A stretch of 63,022 nucleotides of DNA, the filler included, from Coriobacteriales bacterium (GTDB taxonomy: Bacteria; Actinomycetota; Coriobacteriia; Coriobacteriales; UBA8131), in the NCBI GenBank assembly GCA_031263105.1. It is 4 parts of 4 records of this genome, joined end to end, with 100 filler letters (N's around TTAATTAATTAA, not from the genome) between each part and the next. Parts side by side here need not be neighbours in the genome. Positions count along the whole stretch, not along the records: positions 26,957 to 53,245 come from JAISGJ010000065.1; positions 53,346 to 63,022 come from JAISGJ010000024.1; 2 more parts are not named here. One strand, written 5' to 3'. How positions within the stretch are numbered: position 1 is the first letter of the stretch; each line of letters starts with the position of its first letter. Position numbers and translations under genes: made by a program. This document shows positions 48,736 through 57,792 of this stretch, piece by piece. The notes below the pieces were generated by a model, which saw only the letters and a program-made list of their open reading frames with translations, was not told the origin of the DNA and made no database searches.

Positions 48736-49437
48736 TCACCCTTTTATTTCATTCTGAATCTCGGCAAGCGCCTCCAAGTCGATCGGAACGAAGGCCGTGA
48801 GCACCTCGGACAGCTCTTGGTAAAAGGAGGCCCCATGCTTCGCCCTGCCCAGTGCGGCGGCAAACAGGCCGGCCCATCTCATGAGGTGCCCACGCAGAAA
48901 CGCCTCGGAAGCATCAAGGGCGTCAAGGGCGTCAAGGGCCTTGCCTGCGTCGTCGTCCGTCCAGGCCTCTTCGGCGCGCTCGGCCAGCTTGGCGAGGAAA
49001 TCCAGCTCTATCGCCATGTGGTCGTCCGAGACGCTCGGGTATGCCTGTGGGATGAGGCCTTGGGCGACGTAGGCCTTGCGGACCTCGAGCGTCACCCCCT
49101 GTCGGATGGCCTTGTCCGTATTGAGGTAGAAGGACTCCCAGGGGTTGCCCTCCGTTCCCCCGGGACCCACGAACAGACGGGTGAAGCGGCCCTCTAGTGC
49201 AGAGAGCGCCTCATCGCCGCCCTCGAGATGCTCTGCAGAGACGGCAAGAAGGCTCTCGACGGCCTCACGGTACCCCTTCTGGCCCGTGTCGAACAACAGG
49301 AGGACGCCTTGGGCAGCATCCCCTGTGAGCTGCTCGAGCATCTCCCTTGAAGGTTCGTTCCCCAGGGCGTTCTGCAGGGTGCGGTACACGCCTGCTCTCG
49401 CAGAGAGCAAGACCCGCACGTTGTCCATGTCTGGCAT
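48736..49437 (-). CDS. TorD/DmsD-family chaperone
   Basis: RLFVGPG, PWESFY and DDHMAIELDFL. Confidence 0.92.
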   Translation of the reverse strand: MPDMDNVRVLLSARAGVYRTLQNALGNEPSREMLEQLTGDAAQGVLLLFDTGQKGYREAVESLLAVSAEHLEGGDEALSALEGRFTRLFVGPGGTEGNPWESFYLNTDKAIRQGVTLEVRKAYVAQGLIPQAYPSVSDDHMAIELDFLAKLAERAEEAWTDDDAGKALDALDALDASEAFLRGHLMRWAGLFAAALGRAKHGASFYQELSEVLTAFVPIDLEALAEIQNEIKG

Positions 49438-49473
49438 CACAGCTCCTTTGGGAGGCATGTCGTCAGGGAAGCA

Positions 49474-49589
49474 CCGATTGATTCCGTCATTGCGAGCGAA
49501 GCGAGGCAATCCAGTCAAAGCCCCGCAGGTCACAGATGGATTGCTTCGTCGCTTCGCTCCTCGCAATGACGGGAAAGGGGTTGAATCGG
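49474..49589. repeat. Palindromic GTCATTGCGAG-type REP/RPE-like element within CCGATT...AATCGG ends
   Basis: CCGTCATTGCGAGCGAAGCGAGGCAATCCA...TGGATTGCTTCGTCGCTTCGCTCCTCGCAATGACGG. Confidence 0.85.
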
Positions 49590-49596
49590 CACGTTT

Positions 49597-50253
49597 CTAT
49601 AGGGACGTCTCCTCGAACGTCTCGGAGACTATCTCCTCGGGCGCGTTGCGCACCTCGCCCGGCAACGCCCCGTCAGGGTTCATGCGGTGACGGGAATAGA
49701 GGGAGGAGGGCGTCGTGCCTGCGTCTTCCGGCAAGGGGGCCAGCACATCGACGGCATCGGGATGGGCTGCCCTCAGGTCCTCGAGCTCGCCGTACTCCAG
49801 GCAGCGGATCTGGCAGGACTGGACGCAGACAGGGTTCTCGCCGCTGTCGATGAGGTCTTTGCAGAAATCGCACTTCCGTGCGGCACTCCTCGCCTTGCTC
49901 ACATAAGGCGCATTGAAGGGGCAGGCGGTGGCACAGGCGCCGCATCCTATGCAGGTCTCCTCGTCTATCCAGACGATCCCGTCCTCGCGTTTCTCGATGG
50001 CGCCTGCCGGGCATGCGGCAAAGCAGGCAGGCAATGCGCAATGGTGGCATCCTGAGGTCACGGCATAGGAGAACAGGCCGGACGCGCTCATGACGCCGTT
50101 CTCGTCAACGGTCCATGAGCCGCCGCTGTAGTCGTAGACGCGCCTGAACTTCTCGCCCGCCGGAAGGTCGTTCTTGTCTTTGCAGGAGATGATGCACATC
50201 CTGCAACCGAGACACTCGTTCGTGTTGACGTAAAAGCCGTATTGGGCAACCAT
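49597..50253 (-). CDS. DmsB-like 4Fe-4S subunit
   Basis: QYGFY, CLGCRMC..CKDKN, CHHC, CIGCGAC and KCDFC. Confidence 0.93.
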   Translation of the reverse strand: MVAQYGFYVNTNECLGCRMCIISCKDKNDLPAGEKFRRVYDYSGGSWTVDENGVMSASGLFSYAVTSGCHHCALPACFAACPAGAIEKREDGIVWIDEETCIGCGACATACPFNAPYVSKARSAARKCDFCKDLIDSGENPVCVQSCQIRCLEYGELEDLRAAHPDAVDVLAPLPEDAGTTPSSLYSRHRMNPDGALPGEVRNAPEEIVSETFEETSL

Positions 50254-50266
50254 GTCGTACCCCTCC

Positions 50267-52927
50267 TTAATCGGCGATCGGAACATAGATCGGACGTTGG
50301 TAGTCGGGCAGCATCGCCGGCCCGGTATAGGGCTCAAGCTTCAGGAGCACCGTGTTGTAGGCCTGATAGCCGTTCCCCAACAGGTGCGGGCGCGTGAGGG
50401 TGTTGGCGTTCCCGCCGATGTCGATGCCCGTCTCGTGGTCGATGACCCGCCAGTTGCCCTCGCCGAGTATCGCCACGCCGGGCGCGATGGTCGGAAGCAC
50501 GGCAATCCGGCGGACGATCTGGCCCGCGTCCAGTCCGCTCACCAACGCCCAGTCCCCATGGGTGAAGCCCTCTCGCTCCGCATCATAGGTGCTGATGAGC
50601 AGGTCGTTCGGGAACACCTCGTTCAAAGAGCGGTCGTTCGCCCACACGCTGTGCAGCTGGCGAAGGTGATGGGGCGTCACCATCTGGAACCTGTAGTCGG
50701 GGTGGTTCTGTATGTCCTCGTACCCGTGCGGGGCCGGCCTGTACTTCGGTATCGGGTCGATGTCGTGCAGCTGGCACAGGTCGTACCAGTCTGCGAGGGA
50801 CTGGCAGTATATCTCCAGCTTGCCAGAGGGGGTCTCGAGCGGGTTCGCCTCGGGATCCTTGACAAAGTCCTCGAGCGGAACGGCCAGGAAGTTGTCGTCG
50901 GGCCTGCGTTCGACGCGGTAGATGCCCGTCTCCATGAAGTCGGCAAACGAGGTCCGCCCCTCCTGCGGCTCGAAGTTCACCTCATATTTGTCGATGTCTT
51001 CCTGGGTGATGGTGAACAGGGTCTCGTACTCCTCGCCGTCCTCTTTGATGACCTGCGCATTGCCCAGCTGCTCGAACATGTTCTGCTTGACGGACGTGCG
51101 CGGCGCGATGTCCTCGCCGAAACCGAGGGCGTCGCAGAGCGTGAAGTATATCTCGATGTCGTCTTTGCACTCATAGAACTGGGGGAACGCGTTCGTCCCC
51201 ATGATGAGCGCGTCGTCCGGCTGCTTGTTGCGAAGCGCGAACTCCAGCTCGGGATGACAGGTGACCGGCAGGACGATGTCGGAGTACATCGGGCCGACCT
51301 TCATGAACATCTCCTGGTGGACGACGAATTCGACCTTCCGGTATGCTTCGACAGAGAGGTAGTTGCCCGTTTGCGCGTTGCTGCCGTTTCGGGCGTTCTC
51401 GCACATGATGCATTTGATGTCGCAGGCACGCTTCTCGTTCCTGGGGTTGGGCAGCGTGTACTCGCCTTCGACGATCGCCTTGTGCCATTCGGAGAAGGCG
51501 ATGCCGTACTCTTTGTTGGGATCGAAGCCGCCGAACGTCGTCTCGTCAGAGGCGCGCGGCTCGGAACATATGGGGTTCTTCGGATACTTCCAGGAGTTCT
51601 TCCCCCGATGGACCAGCTCCTCTCCGTTCTTCACTCCCCAGGTGCCGGTCAGAAGGGCGTTGTCGGTGCCCACGACGCCGAGGTTCCCCGTCATCCATCC
51701 CAAGGTGTAGAACAGCTGGGCAAGGCGGTTCCCGTACCAGCAGCGCGTCAGCCCTCGGGAGCCTTTGAGCGACATGGGCTTGATCGTGCCCATGTCCTGG
51801 GCCAGCTGCCGTATCGTCTCGACGGGAACCCCGGTTAAGGGGCTTGCCCATTCGGGCGTCTTCGGCAGGCCGTCGTAGGCTCCGAGGATGTAGTCCCTGA
51901 AGTTCTCGTTCACCTTTGCATCGGCCGGCATATGGCCGGCATCGAAACCTACGGTGCAACGGTCGAGGAAGTCCTGGTCGACAAGGCCGTTGACGATCAG
52001 CTCGTGGGCCACCGCCTCCATGAGCGCACCGTCGGTGCTCGGGCGAATGGGGATCCACTGATCGACGTAACTCTGCGCCGTGGGGTTGAACCATACGTCG
52101 ATAAGGACGACCTTCGTGTCGGCCTGCTTCTTCGCGGTGAGGAGGTCGTATTGATTGGCCGCCCCGTCGCACCAAGCCGAGTTGAAGCCCCAAAGCACCT
52201 GAAGCTTCGTATGACGTTGGGCCATCTTGTCCATGCCGTTGGTAAGCCCGCTGTCATAAAAGCCCCACATCAGATAACTCGGCACCGGGGCGCCCCCGTC
52301 GCTTTGTTCCCCGAAGGTGGTGAGGCATCCGCCGAGCATGTTGAGTATCCCGCTGCCGATCTTGCCGCCGCACATCTTGCGTTCGTCCTGGCCTGTCGCA
52401 AGAAAGGCACGTGGGCCGTAGGTGTCCATTATCCTTCTGTACTCATCGGCGATATAGCCCGTTGCCTCGTCCCAGGTGATCCTCTCCCATTCGTCGACGC
52501 CGCGGAGATGCCCATTGACGTTGGAGCCGCCGCCGGGCTGCCAGCCCTTGCGTTTCATGGGGTACTTGAGACGATCGGCGGCCGTGACGGTCCTGCGGAT
52601 GCTTCTTCCCTTGATACAGGAGCGATACTGGGGATTGTCGGGGGTGTCGGGAACAAGCTCGTCCGTCCTCTGGCGGACGACGACGCCGTCGACCACGTAG
52701 GCCTGGTTCAGGCAGCCCCTGTTGCAGCCGTCCTGCGGGCACGCGACGGTCACCCACTTCCCGTTCGACAGGGTCTCGATGGTCGGGCTCTCCTCCGTCG
52801 TCTCGGTCAACGTGTTGTCGCAGCCGGTAAGCCCCAGATTGGCGACGATGCCGACAGAGGCAGCCAGCGCGACGAACTCCCGTCTGTCCATCCCTGACGC
52901 CCCGATCCTTTCCAACAATTCTGCCAT
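50267..52927 (-). CDS. Tat-exported DmsA-like molybdoenzyme, probable lipoprotein
   Basis: DRREFV Tat motif, LTGC lipobox, CPQDGCNRGC..CIKG, RLKYPMKR and TPSGKLEIY. Confidence 0.9.
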   Translation of the reverse strand: MAELLERIGASGMDRREFVALAASVGIVANLGLTGCDNTLTETTEESPTIETLSNGKWVTVACPQDGCNRGCLNQAYVVDGVVVRQRTDELVPDTPDNPQYRSCIKGRSIRRTVTAADRLKYPMKRKGWQPGGGSNVNGHLRGVDEWERITWDEATGYIADEYRRIMDTYGPRAFLATGQDERKMCGGKIGSGILNMLGGCLTTFGEQSDGGAPVPSYLMWGFYDSGLTNGMDKMAQRHTKLQVLWGFNSAWCDGAANQYDLLTAKKQADTKVVLIDVWFNPTAQSYVDQWIPIRPSTDGALMEAVAHELIVNGLVDQDFLDRCTVGFDAGHMPADAKVNENFRDYILGAYDGLPKTPEWASPLTGVPVETIRQLAQDMGTIKPMSLKGSRGLTRCWYGNRLAQLFYTLGWMTGNLGVVGTDNALLTGTWGVKNGEELVHRGKNSWKYPKNPICSEPRASDETTFGGFDPNKEYGIAFSEWHKAIVEGEYTLPNPRNEKRACDIKCIMCENARNGSNAQTGNYLSVEAYRKVEFVVHQEMFMKVGPMYSDIVLPVTCHPELEFALRNKQPDDALIMGTNAFPQFYECKDDIEIYFTLCDALGFGEDIAPRTSVKQNMFEQLGNAQVIKEDGEEYETLFTITQEDIDKYEVNFEPQEGRTSFADFMETGIYRVERRPDDNFLAVPLEDFVKDPEANPLETPSGKLEIYCQSLADWYDLCQLHDIDPIPKYRPAPHGYEDIQNHPDYRFQMVTPHHLRQLHSVWANDRSLNEVFPNDLLISTYDAEREGFTHGDWALVSGLDAGQIVRRIAVLPTIAPGVAILGEGNWRVIDHETGIDIGGNANTLTRPHLLGNGYQAYNTVLLKLEPYTGPAMLPDYQRPIYVPIAD

Positions 52928-52995
52928 CTCCTGCTCCTTCCTTTGTGCGATCTCTCTCACTTGTCTTTTGATTCCGCAGGGGCCAGTCAACAAAA

Positions 52996-53245
52996 GTTCA
53001 CTGTTCCCGCCCCCACTGTCATTTCCCGCCCCCACTGTCATCCCGAGCCTGCCGAGGGATCCTCGACCGCGCAGCGGTCGATTACGACCGGAAGGCGCCT
53101 CGACCTGCGGTCGGCTGCTTCGCGTCCCGTGGGCCTGTCGGTTCCATGGGCTCACCCGCTCAGGGGCTCACCCGCTCAGGGGCTCACCCGCTCAGGGGCT
53201 CACCCGCTGCTTCGCAGCTTCGCCCGGAAACAGCACACTGTGCTG
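52996..53245. mobile_element. Partial GTTAC-family MITE with 16-bp tandem repeats, cut by the contig end
   Basis: CCCCACTGTCATCCCGAGCCTGCCGAGGGATC core; internal module shared with the 37641 copy; GGGCTCACCCGCTCAG x3+ at 53148-53208. Confidence 0.8.
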
Positions 53246-53345
53246 NNNNNNNNNNNNNNNNNNNNNNNNNNNNNNNNNNNNNNNNNNNNTTAATTAATTA
53301 ANNNNNNNNNNNNNNNNNNNNNNNNNNNNNNNNNNNNNNNNNNNN
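53246..53345. other. Artificial contig spacer
   Basis: N-TTAATTAATTAA-N. Confidence 0.98.
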
Positions 53346-53422
53346 GAGCGCCCAGATGCGTGAATTGGACGCGATGTGAGACTAAGACAGTGCCGAGCGC
53401 TGAAGCGCTCGGCATAACACGA

Positions 53423-54445
53423 CTAAAAACGGCGCGAAAGTGGATTAATCGGCGCCTCCCTAGGGGTTAGATAGCGGTCTTCGGTCGGATGATAGAAGAT
53501 TTCACCGCATCTAAGGGTATTGGATGGCTTGTTTCTGTTCAGCCTCAGGTACTTTGTGGTGTCTTTTGGCATCAGGTTTCCTACGATGCTCTTCCCCAAG
53601 TGAGTTTGGGCTGCCAGATACGAGCCTTCAGGCACTTGCGAGATTCTTTCCCTATCCCTCTTGGGCGTGACATCGACGTGGCTGTCCGTTCGTGAGAAGG
53701 TCACCTCGCCGCGCTTCGACTTGACGTATGGCTCTCCTAAGCCTGCGAGGGCTTGGCCGACGGTTGCATATGTCGGCAATCCGAAGATATTTGGGCATTC
53801 GCTATACGGTGCATGTGTCTTATCGGGAAATACAAAACCGTTTTTTCCATAGGTGGCGACAATGAAGACTCTCTCGCGCAGTTGGGCTACGCCATAATCA
53901 GCCGCGCAGCATACTTGCCATTTCGGTGTGTAACCTATTGATTCAAGCTCAGCAATAAACAACTCAAATACTTCGCCCCTGCGACCGCTTGGGCCTTTTG
54001 CGCCGAGCAGCCCTTTGACCTGCTCTAGCAGAATCACTTTTGGCTTAATCACTTTGGCAAATCGCACTATCTCGAACAGCAGCAGACCCCTGTCGTCTTC
54101 CAACGCCTTTTGCTTTCCCGCAAGCGAGAACGACTGACAAGGTGGCCCGCCGAACAACAAATCAAGCCGTCCAGGCACCATGGACAACGCTTCAAGTAAT
54201 TCTTTTGGATCTACCTCTCTTATGTCCGATTCTATGACTTGCACATTGCTGTGCTCTCGGTCTTTTGCTGCTCTCAACGTGTTGCAGCAATGCTTGTCTA
54301 TTTCAATTTCAGCAAGCACTTCGAACCCGGCCTTCTTTATGCCGATGTCCATTCCACCTGCTCCAGTAAACAAGCTTGTTGCTGTCGGATATGACACTTG
54401 TCTCCCTTTTGAATCGCTGACACAAGTTTTTTTGAAACCAGTCAC
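53423..54445 (-). pseudogene. DNA cytosine-5 methyltransferase, C-terminally truncated
   Basis: FTGAGG, GGPPCQSFS, EQV and QLRERVF; stops just after RYLTPRE and lacks motif X; much lower GC. Confidence 0.75.
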
Positions 54446-54568
54446 GTTAAGTATACATCACAACTTTTTCTGATTGCTGCTATAGCGTACTAGAAATCAT
54501 GGATGGTTTATACCTCATCATGTGGTATGCCTGCTGTGGGTCGGGGCGAGCGGGGTGGAGCCTCGGCC

Positions 54569-56668
54569 CTAATCGGTGCTTCCCTGTGCGGTGCGGCGGA
54601 TGGCCTCGCGGGTCAGGATGCTCTTGCTGCCGGCGTAGGTCGCGAGGAAGTAGCCGCCGTAGACGAGCACGATGACCAGTGCCGCGAACAGGCTGCCCGA
54701 GAGGATGTCCGTGTCCTTGAAGGCGGCGAACACGGCGCTCAACGACCGTATCCCCACCAGTGAATGCACCAGGGCAAGGACGAGCGGCGCCCCGAAGTAG
54801 ATGGCTATCTGGCTGAAGGCGGCACGGTACAGCATCCGGTCCTCGGCGCCTATCCGGGCGAGCAGGCGGTAGCGGCCGATGTTGTCGCTTGTCTCGGAGA
54901 GCTGTGCGATGGCGAGCAGGGCCGCCGAGGCGATGAGGAAGACGACGCCCAGGTACAGGGCGACATAGGCCACGATGGCCGTTGCGGTGCTGCCGGCCTG
55001 CATGGCAGCGATGCGGGACTCCCTCCAGAAGCCGAGGATGGTGCCGTCGGGGCTTTTGAGGTTCCGGTCGGCGAAGACCTCGCCGAACTGCGCCTCGAAG
55101 GCATCGGCGTCGCCTGCGGCCGCCTGCGCGTAATCGACGTTCAGTATCGTCCGTAGCACGGGCGGTGCGTCCGGGCCCTCGTGTGCGACGTAGCCGTCGG
55201 GCACGACGAGGTTCATCTCCGTGACACGCACCGACGAGGTCTCGACCATGTCGGTCAAAAGGAGCGAGGGGTCGGAGTGCAGCGTGCCGCCTGCCGCGTC
55301 GGGGCCGCCCGCGGCCTCCAGGGTCGGGCTGCCCTCCAGGTAGGCGGCAAGCATCCCTTTCCACTGGGCCACGGGGTTGTTGGCCTGCACCGCAAAGGTC
55401 CCTTCCGCGAGCTCGAGCGGCTGCCTGCCCTGCATGGCGAGGCTCGCGTTGTAGTCCGACAGGCGTATGAGGTGCGGCTTGACCTCCACAGGCGTGCCGT
55501 CGGGGTTGTGCAGCGTGACGGTGATGCGGCTGTCGAAGACGGGCACGACGCTGTAGGAGCGGGCGAGCGCCTTGAGGTCGATGCCCTGGCCGTCGAGCGC
55601 CGCGACCGGGTCGAGCTCCTGGTAGGGCACGTTTACGGGGAGCCCCTCGTCGTCGGGCTCCTGCCGTTGGATGGTGAGCGTGGCATCGAAGGGCGTGTTC
55701 GCGCGCTGCTCTGCGGCAAAGGCCCCCGCGATGCTCGTGCCGGTGGAGAGCGAGGAGATGGCGAGCGTCACCATGAGGCAGACGAAGGTCATCGACAGGT
55801 AGGTGGTGCGGATCTTGCTGTTGATCTGGCGCAGCACGAACATGTTGAGGTTGCGCAGGTAGACGCCCTTGCATTGTTGGATGAGCTTCAGGAAGAAGCC
55901 CGAGAGCGAAAGGAAGAACAGGAAGGTCCCGCCGATTGCCGGGAGCATGCCTGCGGCGAAGACCACCGCGTTCGTGAAGAAGCCCTCCTGGCCGATGAAG
56001 TGGTACGCGACGCCCAGGAGCGCAAGCGACACGACGAAGAGCACGACCGAGCGCCCGAGGCGGGGAGGCGTCGTGCCCTCGTTCGTGCGGGCGCTGGCGA
56101 ACAGGTCGATGAGCTGCTGCCTGTTGACCATGACGACGTTGAAGACGAGGGTGAACAGAAAGGTCAGCCCGAAGTAGAGGGCCGTCTTGAGGACCGTTGC
56201 GGCGGAGAACACGAAGTGGTACGAGCTGATCTTGCTGCCCATCAGGTGCGCCGTCACAAGCGCCATGCCCTGCGACACGAGCACGCCTATGAGCACGCCG
56301 GCGACCAGCCCTGCGAGGCCGACGAGCACGGTCTCCATCACGAGTATCCGCGAGATGGCGCCCTTCTCCATGCCGAGTATCAGGTAGATGCCGAACTCCC
56401 GCTTCCTCCGTTTGATAAGGAAGCCGTTGGCATAGATGATAAGGAAGCACAGGACGACGGAGATGAACACCGAGAAGGCGCCCATGAAGCGCCCGAGCAT
56501 CTGGAGCGCCAGCTTCTGCGAGCTGGACGGGTCCATCATGACCTGTTGGCTCTCGATGGAGTTGAAGACATAGAAGATGCAGACGCCGAAGGCTATGGTG
56601 AGGAAATAGATGGAATAGTCGCGGAAGCTCTTCCTGACGTTTCCCAGGGCGAGCCTATACAACTTCAC
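54569..56668 (-). CDS. BceB-like FtsX-family ABC permease
   Basis: Y.IYFLT, KRRKREFGIYL.LGM, large extracellular loop, Y.LL..IG. Confidence 0.9.
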   Translation of the reverse strand: MKLYRLALGNVRKSFRDYSIYFLTIAFGVCIFYVFNSIESQQVMMDPSSSQKLALQMLGRFMGAFSVFISVVLCFLIIYANGFLIKRRKREFGIYLILGMEKGAISRILVMETVLVGLAGLVAGVLIGVLVSQGMALVTAHLMGSKISSYHFVFSAATVLKTALYFGLTFLFTLVFNVVMVNRQQLIDLFASARTNEGTTPPRLGRSVVLFVVSLALLGVAYHFIGQEGFFTNAVVFAAGMLPAIGGTFLFFLSLSGFFLKLIQQCKGVYLRNLNMFVLRQINSKIRTTYLSMTFVCLMVTLAISSLSTGTSIAGAFAAEQRANTPFDATLTIQRQEPDDEGLPVNVPYQELDPVAALDGQGIDLKALARSYSVVPVFDSRITVTLHNPDGTPVEVKPHLIRLSDYNASLAMQGRQPLELAEGTFAVQANNPVAQWKGMLAAYLEGSPTLEAAGGPDAAGGTLHSDPSLLLTDMVETSSVRVTEMNLVVPDGYVAHEGPDAPPVLRTILNVDYAQAAAGDADAFEAQFGEVFADRNLKSPDGTILGFWRESRIAAMQAGSTATAIVAYVALYLGVVFLIASAALLAIAQLSETSDNIGRYRLLARIGAEDRMLYRAAFSQIAIYFGAPLVLALVHSLVGIRSLSAVFAAFKDTDILSGSLFAALVIVLVYGGYFLATYAGSKSILTREAIRRTAQGSTD

Positions 56669-57500
56669 GGCTGTCGCCTCCCAGAAGGGTCACGACCTCG
56701 AGTATCCGGTCGAAGAGCTGCCGACGGCTGTCGTTGCCCCGGACGACCTCGTGGAAGATACGGCCGTCGCGGATGAAGAGGATGCGGTCGCAGTGGCTGG
56801 CGGAGAACGCGTCGTGGGTCACCATGAGGATGGTCGCGTCGCGTTCGTGCACGAGCGCCCGGAAGCTCTCGAGCAGCGCACGGGCCGACTTGGAGTCCAG
56901 TGCGCCCGTGGGCTCGTCGGCGAGCACAAGGGTCGGGCGCGTGACGATCGCGCGGGCGCAGGCCACGCGCTGCTTCTGGCCGCCGGATACCTGGTAGGGG
57001 TACTTGTCCAGGATGTCGGGGATGCCGAGGGTCCGTGCGACCTCCTGCACGCGCCGGTCCGTCTCGGGGGGCGCGACCCGAAGGATCGTCAGCGCCAGCG
57101 CGATGTTCTCATAGCAGGTGAGGGTGTCGAGCAGGTTGAAGTCCTGGAACACGAAGCCCAGGCGCTCGCGGCGGAAGCGCGAGAGCTCCTTGCGGCCCAT
57201 CGTGGTCACGTCGACGCCGTCGATGAGGATATGGCCGGCGCTCACGGTGTCGATGGTCGAGATGCAGTTGAGCAGCGTGGTCTTCCCGCTGCCCGACGCG
57301 CCCATGACGCCGATGTACTCGCCCCGCCCCACAGCGAAGCCTATCCCGTCCAGCGCCTTGGTGACGTTGCTCTTGGTGCCGTAGTACTTCTCGACGTCGA
57401 CCGCCACGAGGGCGGCCTCGGCATCGACGTTCCCAGATGCGGCATAGTGTTCGTTGCCCCTACGGGCATGGGCAGCCCCCTCGTACCGACGGGTTCTCAT
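56655..57500 (-). CDS. BceA-like ABC ATP-binding protein
   Basis: GASGSGKTT, VFQDFNLLD, SGGQKQR, ADEPTGALD and MVTHD. Confidence 0.93.
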   Translation of the reverse strand: MRTRRYEGAAHARRGNEHYAASGNVDAEAALVAVDVEKYYGTKSNVTKALDGIGFAVGRGEYIGVMGASGSGKTTLLNCISTIDTVSAGHILIDGVDVTTMGRKELSRFRRERLGFVFQDFNLLDTLTCYENIALALTILRVAPPETDRRVQEVARTLGIPDILDKYPYQVSGGQKQRVACARAIVTRPTLVLADEPTGALDSKSARALLESFRALVHERDATILMVTHDAFSASHCDRILFIRDGRIFHEVVRGNDSRRQLFDRILEVVTLLGGDSREVV

Positions 57501-57560
57501 GATAGCTTCTCCTTTACTGGTCCAAGGTGCTTCGGGAGCGTGCGGCACGCTCGTTCAGCT

Positions 57561-57613
57561 GTTGCACGGGGCGCCCGCTCCCCTTCAAGGAAGGGGAGCG
57601 GGCGCCCCGTGAC
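57561..57613. mobile_element. 53-bp hairpin mini-element with 8-bp TSD GTTCAGCT
   Basis: 22-bp perfect stem at 57565-57611; ends GTTGC/GTGAC; direct repeats at 57553-57560 and 57614-57621. Confidence 0.75.
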
Positions 57614-57651
57614 GTTCAGCTTACCAGTTTCCCCGCAGAGGAGGCCATCGA

Positions 57652-57684
57652 TTGTCCTTACGAGGGGCTTACGTTATGGTAAGG
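57652..57684. promoter_or_regulatory. Predicted promoter TTGTCC-N17-TATGGT overlapping a CTTAC-N6-GTAAG palindrome (possible BceR-type site)
   Basis: Motifs read directly; divergent from the bceA-like gene. Confidence 0.5.
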
Positions 57685-57792
57685 AAAGAAAAGAGGGGAG
57701 AGGAGCCGGCGACAGGCGGTATAAGCGGGGGCAGGCGGGCGACAGGCGGCGCAGGCGGGGGCAGGAAGCGCGGAGAGGGAGGCGAGGAGACG

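Noticed and set aside
40807..52927. Selenocysteine recoding in the molybdoenzymes
   Set aside because: Both ORFs are open without an in-frame TGA; the ligand positions appear to be Cys and Ser.
53411..53473. Integron attC site (GCATAAC...GTTAGAT)
   Set aside because: The L boxes are not complementary, one core lies within conserved MTase codons (YLTPRE), and there is no integrase.
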